Source: Promethearchaeota archaeon (GTDB lineage Archaea; Asgardarchaeota; Lokiarchaeia; Sigyniarchaeales; SOKP01). From it: a DNA stretch of 64,000 nt. Positions within the stretch are counted from its first letter, which is position 1. The number at the start of each line of letters is the position of its first letter. Below the pieces are notes generated by a model that searched no databases, was not told where the DNA came from, and worked only from the letters and a program-made list of their open reading frames with translations. This document shows positions 38,344 to 47,838 of this stretch, piece by piece. The stretch covers positions 128,001 through 192,000 of the forward strand of contig JBHLLT010000002.1 in the NCBI GenBank assembly GCA_048938855.1, read 5' to 3'. A program made the translations under genes and the position numbers.

Positions 38344-39399
38344 ATGGCTGCTATGGAAATATGGATTGAACTAATGATATTACAAACAATAATAGGATAT
38401 TGCTTTGTTTTGGCAAATGATTTCATTGGAATATATAATATAAGAGATTTAAACTTAATGAAAGGAGATTTTGTAATAGTTAAATATCATAAGAGGTTTG
38501 GATGGACTGAAATTACAATTTTCTACGCTTTATTTGCCCAGTGCATGTATATGCTTGCTCAACATATTATCGCTGCTGATCCATTATTATTAATTCCCTC
38601 TGGTGTTTGGTCGCATACCTGGATCGGTGGTTTAATCGGTACTATTCTAGTAAGTTTTAAATTTATTGTTGCTAGATTTAAAAAAAACAGTATATATTTA
38701 TATGGTAAATATATAGGTCCTATTGGATTTCTAGGATGGAGTTTAGCCCATTGGACAAATCTTTATAACTTTTATTTTGTTACATTACCCGCATGGCAAC
38801 TTTCAGGGTATTCAACTATAATAGCACCTGCTTCCTTTATATGGGCAGCTATTATTCCATTTATAGGTGGTGCTGGATTATTTCTTTTAGTTCTCTTCAA
38901 AAGAGGAAGAACTTTAAAAGAAAAAACTCGCTTTGCTTTTAATCAGATTGCATTTTTACTTCATGGAGTTACTTTTGGTTATGAAAAATCAGCTAAAGAG
39001 CTACTTGGAACACCAACTCTATTCAAATATGTTGTACCGAGAACTTATGAGTTTATTGAGAAGATGATGACAATGTCAGGACTAAACATGAAAAAGCTAG
39101 AAAAATTAAGCCTTTCAGATGCTTTAAATGAATTCATAAAAATGGCAGAGAAAATTGGTATGGCAGAAAAAGTTAAAATAAAGTGGGTGTCTGAAAAATC
39201 ATTTACAATTGAATCAGTAAATTGTTCTACAGCTCCGGTGAGAAGTGTTATGACAAAGGAAGAATTAACAAATGCTATTTGTCCATGGGCGATTTTTGCT
39301 GCCTCTATTGCAAATAAAATAACTGGAAAAGAATTAAGAATGGAACCTTCAGACTTTAATGAAATTGGAGCTTTTACAAAATTAACATTAGTAGATTGA
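38344..39399 (+). CDS. Membrane protein with a C-terminal V4R/HNOB-like domain
   Basis: About 5 TM helices containing His residues; C-terminal NC...CPW pattern. Confidence 0.6.
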   Translation: MAAMEIWIELMILQTIIGYCFVLANDFIGIYNIRDLNLMKGDFVIVKYHKRFGWTEITIFYALFAQCMYMLAQHIIAADPLLLIPSGVWSHTWIGGLIGTILVSFKFIVARFKKNSIYLYGKYIGPIGFLGWSLAHWTNLYNFYFVTLPAWQLSGYSTIIAPASFIWAAIIPFIGGAGLFLLVLFKRGRTLKEKTRFAFNQIAFLLHGVTFGYEKSAKELLGTPTLFKYVVPRTYEFIEKMMTMSGLNMKKLEKLSLSDALNEFIKMAEKIGMAEKVKIKWVSEKSFTIESVNCSTAPVRSVMTKEELTNAICPWAIFAASIANKITGKELRMEPSDFNEIGAFTKLTLVD

Positions 39400-39435
39400 G
39401 TATAATATACCCAACAATAATAAAAAAAAATTATT

Positions 39436-39591
39436 TTAATCTTTTTTTAATTTTACATCAGTTCGCTGAATTCCTACTTCTTTATTGCTTGGTAAAGGAG
39501 ATCCACAGTGGTCTCTTAACCTTTCACTTTCTTTAAATGCTTTATCAAGTTCGTCTTCTAAATCATCATCTGTAATTTCTTTATCTGGCAT
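39436..39591 (-). CDS. Small acidic hypothetical protein (51 aa, not in ORF track)
   Basis: MPDKEITDDDLEDELDKAFKESERLRDHCGSPLPSNKEVGIQRTDVKLKKD. Confidence 0.55.
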   Translation of the reverse strand: MPDKEITDDDLEDELDKAFKESERLRDHCGSPLPSNKEVGIQRTDVKLKKD

Positions 39592-39710
39592 AATAAATAA
39601 AGAGAATCTGTACTATTTAAGGGTTTTAATTATAAAAAATTGACGATAGAAATCAAATCTTTCTATAAAAAATAAGAAAATTCAAATAAATATTAAAAAT
39701 ATTAAAAAAA

Positions 39711-40076
39711 TTACTGATTAAAATATTCAGAAACTGCCTTCTCCTTTTCAATAGGTCTCCTTTCAGGAACAACTATGTAATCTTTCCTTATCGTTTGATA
39801 AAAATTTTCACGCATATATAAATTGCAATAACAAGCACCAAATTCTTTTACATCAAGAGGAGCATAATCACATGGACATATTAAATCCCTGTCTAATTCT
39901 CTGTTTCCCGAAGCTAGACGACATGGACAAGATTGGTAACCTAATCTTATCTTATTATCCAATAATCCATCAATCAAATCGTTGAAGGTATTACTATCCA
40001 TATTTAATATCCAATTGTTTTTCTCACTTACCTGTTCAACATATTTAGTCATACCTTCCTTCGTTTCCATATCCAC
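39711..40076 (-). CDS. Ferredoxin:thioredoxin reductase catalytic subunit
   Basis: CPCR, ICPC, CYC motifs. Confidence 0.92.
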   Translation of the reverse strand: MDMETKEGMTKYVEQVSEKNNWILNMDSNTFNDLIDGLLDNKIRLGYQSCPCRLASGNRELDRDLICPCDYAPLDVKEFGACYCNLYMRENFYQTIRKDYIVVPERRPIEKEKAVSEYFNQ

Positions 40077-40077
40077 T

Positions 40078-40389
40078 CTAACTACCTCCAGATTTCATTA
40101 ATTCCTCATATTTTCCGGGATTGTATCCAACAACGAAATCATCATCACAAATCATAAATGGATAGGAAATTCTAGATTGATACTTTTCTCGTAAATATGA
40201 TAAAATTTTGGATTTATCTTCAAATTCAATTTTATCTACATCCACATATTTGTATTGAACATTACGGTCATTTAGCCAAGCTTTACATTTTTTACACCAC
40301 ATACATGTAGATAAGGTTAGAAGGGTAATATCTCTACTGTTATTTGATCCTTCAACTGTTTGGGCTAAATTATTAATAATTTCAGACAT
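40078..40389 (-). CDS. Glutaredoxin-like protein
   Basis: LSTCMWC, SYP, VG; abuts the FTR gene. Confidence 0.9.
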   Translation of the reverse strand: MSEIINNLAQTVEGSNNSRDITLLTLSTCMWCKKCKAWLNDRNVQYKYVDVDKIEFEDKSKILSYLREKYQSRISYPFMICDDDFVVGYNPGKYEELMKSGGS

Positions 40390-40427
40390 AATATAATTTA
40401 AACCTAATTTTTAATTAATTTATCGAT

Positions 40428-40877
40428 TTATAGTGTTTTAACATTCATTTTCCAATTAGGATCAATACACTCAAAAGCCTCTTCTGTGAGCTTTCTAATA
40501 TCATTATGACAGGAATCTAATAAGATACCTAAATGCTCAAGTGCTCTTTTGTCTCCTATTTTCATTAGGCTCTCTATAATAATAAATAATCTATTTTTAT
40601 CTTGTTCTTCTTCTGGTTTCTTTAACTGTTCTTTTAAGAAATCAATAATGAGCATTGTTGCTTTTGGGTCTTTAATTTCACCCATTGCTTCAATAATTCG
40701 ATTAATAACCACAGTATCCTTTTCAGATTTTAACGCTCTCGCTAAAATATTTGTTGCTCTTCCCTCTTTCATTTGTCCTATACTTTGTGCTGCTATAGCT
40801 CTATCTTTCCAATTCGCGCTACTAAGTAAAACTTTAACATGCTTATTATATTCTTCATTTTGTGTTTTATGATCCAT
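40428..40877 (-). CDS. HEAT / PBS-lyase repeat protein
   Basis: R..AA..IG, A.GEI.D..A, L.KIGD.RA repeats. Confidence 0.82.
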   Translation of the reverse strand: MDHKTQNEEYNKHVKVLLSSANWKDRAIAAQSIGQMKEGRATNILARALKSEKDTVVINRIIEAMGEIKDPKATMLIIDFLKEQLKKPEEEQDKNRLFIIIESLMKIGDKRALEHLGILLDSCHNDIRKLTEEAFECIDPNWKMNVKTL

Positions 40878-41147
40878 CTTAAGAATAGAATAAGCATAAG
40901 AAATAAGAATCTGATCATAATAATTTATTAAAAATTGAAAAAAAATAGATTAAATGAAAAGTAAAAATTGGTTTTTCTTTTTGTTTTTAATAATTTATTT
41001 AGGAAGATTTTATGAGTGAAATATAAGTATTTATGATTTGTTATATTAAATCACCTTTTTAGATATAAAAAATTTATAACTTAGAAGCTAAACTTTTTTT
41101 ATTATTCTCGTTTATCTCTAGAAATAAAAAAAAAGAAATGATTAAAT

Positions 41148-41444
41148 ATGGCTGAATCAAAGACCCCAATAGTGATAAGTAAGGAAGACTGCCACAGGTG
41201 TGCGGAATTAAAGGAATGGTTAAAGGAGAATGACGTTAGATACATTGAACGAGATATAAATGATGAGGAATTTGTCCATGAATTACTTCATGACGGTAAT
41301 TTTTTAAAGACGTTTTGTGATGCTGATGGATGTATTGTGAATACTCCAGTAGTAATTCATAAAGGAAAATACTGGTTTAAAGAACTCTGGGGTATTTCTG
41401 GTCTCAGAGAGAATGAAGCAAAAAAATTATTTGGAGTTAAATAG
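41148..41444 (+). CDS. Glutaredoxin-like protein
   Basis: CHRC, TPV cis-Pro; additional C....C insert. Confidence 0.8.
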   Translation: MAESKTPIVISKEDCHRCAELKEWLKENDVRYIERDINDEEFVHELLHDGNFLKTFCDADGCIVNTPVVIHKGKYWFKELWGISGLRENEAKKLFGVK

Positions 41445-41473
41445 ACATATTTTTAATCTTTTAATTTAGGTAT

Positions 41474-42073
41474 TTATTTTTTAAATTCTACTAATCTTTT
41501 TATAACTTTTCGGACGGTTCTTAACCCTTCTTCGTCTTGTTCAACACCTTTTTTACCTAAATCTTTACTCCACAAACTAGCACCTAGATTCGCGCCAAAA
41601 GCCCCACCAGATACTGATATGATATGGTTTTGCTGATAAAAATCTAGAATACTTCTAATCGCAATCTCTTGTCCTCCATTTCTATCTCCTCCAACTGCCA
41701 ATACTGCTCCAATTTTATCTTTAAACACATTAGGATTCTTTGCAACCAATGCACGGCACCGATCCAATACCGTTTTTAATTGACCTGATAAATTGCCTTG
41801 AAAAACTGGAGTACCAAATAAGTAAAATTTAGCATTTTCCAATTTAGAATAAAGTTCTACCATATCATCCTTATGGATACATCCCTTTTTCTCTCGAATA
41901 CAATAATCATCATGAATACAGAATTTAATTTCTTTCTTTCTAACACTCCAATATTCAGTTTCAAACCCAAACTTTTCAGCAGCATAATTTAAAGCATACT
42001 GAACTGCATATTCCGTTCCTTGTCTTCTTGGGCTTCCAGAAATTCCAAGTAAAAGATTCTCAATTTCTACCAT
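41474..42073 (-). CDS. Iron-sulfur flavoprotein / multimeric flavodoxin family
   Basis: ISGSPR, C..D..C......C..KDD, GTPVF, DR, GG.RNGGQE. Confidence 0.88.
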   Translation of the reverse strand: MVEIENLLLGISGSPRRQGTEYAVQYALNYAAEKFGFETEYWSVRKKEIKFCIHDDYCIREKKGCIHKDDMVELYSKLENAKFYLFGTPVFQGNLSGQLKTVLDRCRALVAKNPNVFKDKIGAVLAVGGDRNGGQEIAIRSILDFYQQNHIISVSGGAFGANLGASLWSKDLGKKGVEQDEEGLRTVRKVIKRLVEFKK

Positions 42074-42159
42074 AATAATACTTTTAACTTGTTTTTATTA
42101 ATAATTAATCATTATTGTATAAAATAAAGTTTTAAAATCTAAAAAACTAGTATTTCAAA

Positions 42160-42813
42160 ATGGCTTCAGATAAACCAAGCTTAGCTAGAATTAAAATCAA
42201 GTTTCCAGAACCACTTTGGTTCTCTGAAATTTTTAGGAACTATCCTGATGTAAAAATGGAAATTTCACATTTTCTTCCTTATGATCTTGAGAGATCTATA
42301 GGCAATAGCGTAATTGAGATAATGCATTATAATATAGATTCTATAATAGAAGAAATTAGTGTCCATCCTTCTGTATTTGAGCTAAGTGTTATAGAGAGAG
42401 AAGAAAACTATGTAAAATTTAATATAAAAACAAAAGATCCTTATTTATTATATGCAATAATAAAATGTGGAGTACTTGTAGATTTTCCAGTAAGAGTGGA
42501 AGATGGTTTTGCTTATTGGAGGTTAATTTCAAGTCGAGATAGAATAGATCAACTCCTAACTCTTTTTGAAGAGAGAAATATTAACTTCGAACTGCTAAGA
42601 ATCGGGATTGCACCCTATAATATTGAGGATGAAAAATATAAATTAACTTTGGATGAATTAAATGTTCTTGATAGAGCTATTTCCTCTGGTTTTTTTGAAA
42701 TTCCTAGAAAAATTTCTCTAGAAGAATTAGCTAACGAATTAGGTAAATCTAAATCAGCATTATCGGTAATGCTTAGAAAAATCATTAAAAAGAAAGTTTT
42801 ATTTGAAAAGTAA
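42160..42813 (+). CDS. Archaeal regulator with C-terminal HTH_10 (Bat-type)
   Basis: LT......L..A...GFFE.PR..SL.ELA..LG.SKS..S..LRK. Confidence 0.88.
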   Translation: MASDKPSLARIKIKFPEPLWFSEIFRNYPDVKMEISHFLPYDLERSIGNSVIEIMHYNIDSIIEEISVHPSVFELSVIEREENYVKFNIKTKDPYLLYAIIKCGVLVDFPVRVEDGFAYWRLISSRDRIDQLLTLFEERNINFELLRIGIAPYNIEDEKYKLTLDELNVLDRAISSGFFEIPRKISLEELANELGKSKSALSVMLRKIIKKKVLFEK

Positions 42814-42832
42814 ATAATAAAGAAAAAAGAAA

Positions 42833-43618
42833 TTATATCCATTCTTCTTTTAAGATGTTTCCTTGTATTCCTACAACAATATATTTTATAGGAACTTTCC
42901 GATTTGCTCGTTTGGCGCCCTCTTGAGCTAAGGCTAATAATCCTCCGCAACATGGTACTTCCATAATCGCAACTGTGAGAGTGTTAATCTTAGCATCATC
43001 TATTAACGTTCTAATTTTTTCAATATAGACTTCTTTACCTTGGTCAAGTTTAGGACAGGCAATAGCAATTGATTTCTGTTTCATAAAGTCTCTATGAAAA
43101 TCGCCATAAGAAAATCCAACACAATCAGCTGATAGTAGAACATCTGCACCTTGGTAGTAAGGAGCCCTAGGATTAATTAAGTGCATTTGAACAGGCCATT
43201 GTCGTAAAGTTGAAGATATCTTTCCAGATCCTTCTTTTTGCTCTATTGGTTCCTCAAATACCATTGTTTGAGCCGATGGACAACCACATTGGTGTGTATG
43301 TTCAGAAATAATTTGCTCTACTTGATTTACCTCAACTTGTTTAGAATTTTTACTAGATTCTAAATGTTTCTCAACAGCTTCTTCATCGAACTCTAAAGCT
43401 TCTCTTTCGATAATTTCAAGCGCACCTTCAGGACAACCTGAAATACATGCGCCAAGACCATCACAAAAAACTTCATTTATAACCTTAGCTTTTCCATTAA
43501 TAACCTTTAAAGCTCCCTCTGCGCAATCTACAACACAATTTCCGCATCCTGTACAGAGATCTTCATCAATCTTAATAATTTTTCTTTTTACCATTTTATT
43601 TAGTTTTGCTTCAGTCAT
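42833..43618 (-). CDS. Ferredoxin-domain Fe-S protein (family often linked to hcp/cooS)
   Basis: C.GCG.C...C.EGAL, CDGLG.C...CP, CGCP, WPVQ, ADC, CPKLD, MEVPCC. Confidence 0.85.
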   Translation of the reverse strand: MTEAKLNKMVKRKIIKIDEDLCTGCGNCVVDCAEGALKVINGKAKVINEVFCDGLGACISGCPEGALEIIEREALEFDEEAVEKHLESSKNSKQVEVNQVEQIISEHTHQCGCPSAQTMVFEEPIEQKEGSGKISSTLRQWPVQMHLINPRAPYYQGADVLLSADCVGFSYGDFHRDFMKQKSIAIACPKLDQGKEVYIEKIRTLIDDAKINTLTVAIMEVPCCGGLLALAQEGAKRANRKVPIKYIVVGIQGNILKEEWI

Positions 43619-43657
43619 GATTAAATCAAATAGAGAGGATTATATATTTTTAATTTC

Positions 43658-43667
43658 GAACATGTTC
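43658..43667. promoter_or_regulatory. Palindromic operator candidate GAACATGTTC
   Basis: Perfect 10-bp palindrome just upstream of a TATA-like run; recurs at 45707. Confidence 0.6.
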
Positions 43668-43724
43668 AAAATAAGAAAAAAAATAAAATAAACAAGAAAT
43701 TGAATAAAAATCTATAAATAGATA

Positions 43725-45629
43725 CTAAATACCTAACTTCTTACGATTTGTCTCTATATGGTCCATCATGGCATCTACTGCTTCTTTTGTGTCTGTTTCT
43801 ACATGTAAAATCCCACCGGTTAAATCCTTACAATCTTTAGTTAAAAGTTTCACTAAATCAGCACCACCAGTAACAGTAGGAACAGGATTAATATATGTAT
43901 ACAATCCGAAAGCTAGAGCAAACACACCATCTATCGTGGCTTTTTGTTCCATATATTCTGGAGCTACGGCAACTATAGGAAGATCTGGAATTGGTACACC
44001 ACCAAGCGCGGCAGAGATAGCTCCTACTAAGTCTGCGATTCTGCCAGTATCAGTGCAAGTTCCATAACTTAGTACTGGGGGAATGCCTAATTTTTCACAA
44101 ACCGCTTTTAGACCGGGACCTGCCATTTCTTTTGCTTCTGGGATACATAATCCCCCAACTTGTAATGCTCCATTACCACATCCCATTGATAACACTAAAA
44201 TATCTCTTTTAATTAACTCTTTTGCCACTTCAATAACATGTACATCTTGTCCATAATCTCTTAATGTAGTACAAGAAACTAGTCCTGCAACCCCTCGTAT
44301 TGTACCATCTTTAATTAAATCGAGTAAGGGTTCTAAAGTTCCTCCTAGAGCAGCAAGAATACTTTCACTTGAAAATCCAACTATCGCTTCATTCATATCC
44401 AAATCAGTAATGGGGTCAACGCTAGCTCTGCGTTCTCTGAAATTATCAATTGCCATTTGTAGTAATTTTGCTGCTTGAGATTCGGCTTTTTCAGGTTTAT
44501 AATCTACTCTCTCATTAATTCCTTCGAATACTACTACTTCTGAGACTGGTACTAATCTAAATTTATATTTTTCAGCATAAATCGGATCAATTGGCATACA
44601 ACAATTCATATCACAAATAAAGGCATCAATGCAACCACTTGCTAAGACGGCTTCTTGCATAATCCAATTACCAGTAAATCCATAAAAAACATCATCCATC
44701 TCCCATCTTTGTATCATTTCTTGCCCCGTCTCAATATTCGCTATTATTCTTAATCCCTTTGCACCTACGGATTTAGCTTTTTCTTGCCATTCAGATTTAC
44801 GAGCAAGTTGAACCATTGCAAACCCTAAAAATGGCTCATGGCCATTTGGTAGTATATTTACATAGTCTGGGTCTAAAACTCCGAGATTAACCCTCATCTT
44901 ATGGGGTCTGGGGATATTGAATAAAATATCTTGAGTAAATTCATTCACAATTTGGCTTTGATAAGCCATGGCGATTCCTAATCTCATTGCTTTAAGAGCT
45001 AAACTTGCATAATAACCATCTACATTTGTGAGGCAAGAACTGGTTGAGAACATAAGTTCACCATGTAATCCTCCTGGAAAGATTCCTAATTTTTTCCATA
45101 CTTCTTGTCTTTCGGGTGGGGCTAATTTTTCGACAATTTTGCTTGCTTGGTCATAGGATCTATTGAAATCTTCCATAACAAAATTATATAACCTTAGAGC
45201 TATGTCTTTTTCTGACCCAGAATTATCTAAACCAAGGCGTTGAGCGAAACTTTTTAGTTTTTCTGGTTCAGAGATTTTAAAAGGTGTTTGACTTTCTACC
45301 GTTGCCTTTAGGGTTTTTAAAGTTGTTTCAGTATGATAGTGATAAGTAGATGCTCCCATTACATTTCTAAGAAGCATCATTCGCATTGCCATTCCATCAG
45401 CAGTAATACCACATACACCACGTTTATCAATTGATGAGTCCGCTCTACATGGACCATTGGAACATAAGTCACAGCGTGCTCCTTTTAAGCAGAATGGACA
45501 TCTTTTATCGGGATCTCCTCCAAATCCTTGAGCTTCAAATCGATCCCAAATGTTGGTCATTCTATCTTTTTTAATTCTCTCATATACTTTTTGAACAGAT
45601 CTATGATATGAAATTCTCTCGTTTTCCAT
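43725..45629 (-). CDS. cooS: CO dehydrogenase catalytic subunit homologue (atypical, CooS-V-like)
   Basis: C.FC..G.RC..C..GPC, GVCG, GHEP, GCG, G.C.D, E...QKA; cluster-C region altered to NIETGQE. Confidence 0.9.
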   Translation of the reverse strand: MENERISYHRSVQKVYERIKKDRMTNIWDRFEAQGFGGDPDKRCPFCLKGARCDLCSNGPCRADSSIDKRGVCGITADGMAMRMMLLRNVMGASTYHYHTETTLKTLKATVESQTPFKISEPEKLKSFAQRLGLDNSGSEKDIALRLYNFVMEDFNRSYDQASKIVEKLAPPERQEVWKKLGIFPGGLHGELMFSTSSCLTNVDGYYASLALKAMRLGIAMAYQSQIVNEFTQDILFNIPRPHKMRVNLGVLDPDYVNILPNGHEPFLGFAMVQLARKSEWQEKAKSVGAKGLRIIANIETGQEMIQRWEMDDVFYGFTGNWIMQEAVLASGCIDAFICDMNCCMPIDPIYAEKYKFRLVPVSEVVVFEGINERVDYKPEKAESQAAKLLQMAIDNFRERRASVDPITDLDMNEAIVGFSSESILAALGGTLEPLLDLIKDGTIRGVAGLVSCTTLRDYGQDVHVIEVAKELIKRDILVLSMGCGNGALQVGGLCIPEAKEMAGPGLKAVCEKLGIPPVLSYGTCTDTGRIADLVGAISAALGGVPIPDLPIVAVAPEYMEQKATIDGVFALAFGLYTYINPVPTVTGGADLVKLLTKDCKDLTGGILHVETDTKEAVDAMMDHIETNRKKLGI

Positions 45630-45705
45630 AAATTATCACTTTTTTTTTATGTTTATTAAAGTTTATCTATTTAAAGAATAAGGTATTATGATTTAAGGTT
45701 ATAAT

Positions 45706-45717
45706 TGAACATGTTCA
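45706..45717. promoter_or_regulatory. Palindromic operator candidate TGAACATGTTCA
   Basis: Perfect 12-bp palindrome in the divergent cooS / oxidoreductase intergenic region. Confidence 0.6.
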
Positions 45718-45786
45718 TTAGGTTACTAATTCAGATTACAATCTATAATGAAAACGTTAAAATAAGATGTATAAACTAATTATTCT

Positions 45787-47139
45787 ATGAAAGTTTTAAT
45801 AATCGGGAACAATATTTCTGGAACATTTACAGCTCAAAATATAAGAGCTCTCAATGATGAAGTCGATATTCAAATCTATACTCAAGAAAGTTATCCATAT
45901 TATACAAGGGTAAAGCTACCAGAATTAATTTCAGAAAAAGTTACAATTGATGATATAATCGTTTTTAATGAAGATTGGTATAAGAACAAGCAAATTCGCC
46001 TGCACTTAAACAAAATAGTCAATAAGATTGACCCGGCATCAAAAAAAGTTCAGATTGAAGGTGAAAGTTCATTAGTTTCCTATGATAAGCTTATTTTAGC
46101 TCTTGGAAGCATGCCAAATATTCCTCCAATTAAAAATGCAAACGAATTTAAACAAGAAAAGAAAGGTGTTTTTACATTACGAAGCATTAATGATGCTCTA
46201 GAAATAAAAGATTTTATTAAAAAGGAGCATGTAAAAAGAGCAATAGTAATTGGCGGAGGTTTATTAGGTTTAGAATTAGCTAATCAAATTAATGATTCTA
46301 ATTTAGAAACTACTGTAGTAGAATTCTTTCCTAGATTGTTACCAAGACAATTAGACGAAGAATGCGGTGCTATGCTAAAAGATGAGATAGAAAGCCGAGG
46401 AATTAAAGTAGTTTTAGATGCCGCTACTGAAGAAATTTTAGGTAATGGATCTGTAACCGGGATTAAATTAAAGGGAGGACAACAAATAGAGTCGGAAATT
46501 GTTTTAATCCAAGCAGGGATTAGACCTACTATCGATCTAGCCAAAGAAGCTGGCATGCAAACCAATAGAGGGATAATTGTTAATGAATTCTTGGAAACTA
46601 GTGAACAAGATATCTACGCGGTAGGAGATTGCATTGAATACAAAGAACAAATATGGGGTATTATTCCTGCTTGTATGGAGCAGTCAAAAATAGTTGCAGC
46701 TTCTGCTCTTGGTTTGAAAAAAGTTGACTATAAAGGAACAACTCCTAAAAATACTCTTAAAATTATCGGATTAGAATTGACTTCAATGGGTATTATTGAT
46801 CCCTCTCAAGAGCAAGGTGGAGCTTGGGAAATACTGAAAAAAGCAGATAAAAAAGATTGTTGTTATCAGAAAATAGTATTGAAAGGAAGCAAGTTAAAAG
46901 GAGCAATTTTGTTTGGTGATAATAAAGCAATGTCTTACGTCTCGAATAAAATGGAGGAGGACGTTGATAGAGAGGAATTGAAAAGATTATTAGAATTATA
47001 TTCCTATTTATGTAATAACTGTGGAATGGAGTATGATGAGGCTAAAACGGGTATTCTGTTTAAAGAATTACCTCCCGATTGGACATGTCCAAATTGTAAA
47101 GGTCCAAAAAAAGAATTCACAAGAAAAGATACTCCTTAA
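45787..47139 (+). CDS. NAD(P)H:rubredoxin oxidoreductase-like flavoprotein with fused C-terminal rubredoxin
   Basis: YDKL.LA.GS, IGGGLLGLE, T...DIYA.GD; C-terminal CNNC...LP.DW.CPNC. Confidence 0.9.
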   Translation: MKVLIIGNNISGTFTAQNIRALNDEVDIQIYTQESYPYYTRVKLPELISEKVTIDDIIVFNEDWYKNKQIRLHLNKIVNKIDPASKKVQIEGESSLVSYDKLILALGSMPNIPPIKNANEFKQEKKGVFTLRSINDALEIKDFIKKEHVKRAIVIGGGLLGLELANQINDSNLETTVVEFFPRLLPRQLDEECGAMLKDEIESRGIKVVLDAATEEILGNGSVTGIKLKGGQQIESEIVLIQAGIRPTIDLAKEAGMQTNRGIIVNEFLETSEQDIYAVGDCIEYKEQIWGIIPACMEQSKIVAASALGLKKVDYKGTTPKNTLKIIGLELTSMGIIDPSQEQGGAWEILKKADKKDCCYQKIVLKGSKLKGAILFGDNKAMSYVSNKMEEDVDREELKRLLELYSYLCNNCGMEYDEAKTGILFKELPPDWTCPNCKGPKKEFTRKDTP

Positions 47140-47162
47140 TAAAATATCAAAAGAGGTGAAGA

Positions 47163-47321
47163 TTGATTTCTATCTATCGCTGTAAAAGATGTAATTATAT
47201 TTATGACAATAGTGAAAAAGAGATTCCTTTTGAAGAATTAAATGAAGATGAATTTAAATGCCCTAAATGTCGTTCTTCAAAAAATTTCTTTATAAAAAAA
47301 GATATGAATAGAAATAAATAA
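47163..47321 (+). CDS. Rubredoxin-like protein (not in ORF track)
   Basis: YRCKRCNYIYD...FEEL....F.CPKC...K..F; GAGGTGA SD. Confidence 0.85.
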   Translation: MISIYRCKRCNYIYDNSEKEIPFEELNEDEFKCPKCRSSKNFFIKKDMNRNK

Positions 47322-47557
47322 TAGTTTTTACACATCAAAAAACACTAGTTATAAATAAACAGAAGTTTAATTCATATCTAATTTAATATTTTTAAGTAAA
47401 AGAGCATCAAGAAAAATTAAATAAACTTAATTTATCATTATTTTTTTCTATTCTTTCATTATTTTTATAAATTATTAAATTAATATTTTTAATATAATTC
47501 CAATTTAAATCAATCATAGTATACTAAATTATTAATTATAAAGTAAAGGTTTAAAAC

Positions 47558-47695
47558 ATGTCTCGTTATGAGTGTCAAGCTTGCGGTTACATATATGATG
47601 AAGACGCAGAAGGTACAAAATGGGAAGATCTCCCTGACGATTGGACCTGTCCCGTATGCGGAGTAGGAAAAGATATGTTCGAAAAAATTGATTAA
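47558..47695 (+). CDS. Rubredoxin, 45 aa (not in ORF track)
   Basis: [45 protein letters not shown]. Confidence 0.95.
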   Translation: MSRYECQACGYIYDEDAEGTKWEDLPDDWTCPVCGVGKDMFEKID

Positions 47696-47838
47696 CCTAT
47701 TTTAACTTCACTTATTTTATTTTTTTTTTAACTCTTCTCTCAAAAACTTTATAATAAATAGGATATAAGTTTTTAATTTGATTTGAATTTATATTACGAA
47801 AATACTATTTAATCTCATTAAATAAAGGTGAAATTGAA

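Noticed and set aside
43658-45717. GAACATGTTC as a LexA/Cheo SOS box
   Set aside because: The Cheo box is GAAC-N4-GTTC, whereas the spacer here is 2 nt, and the host is archaeal.
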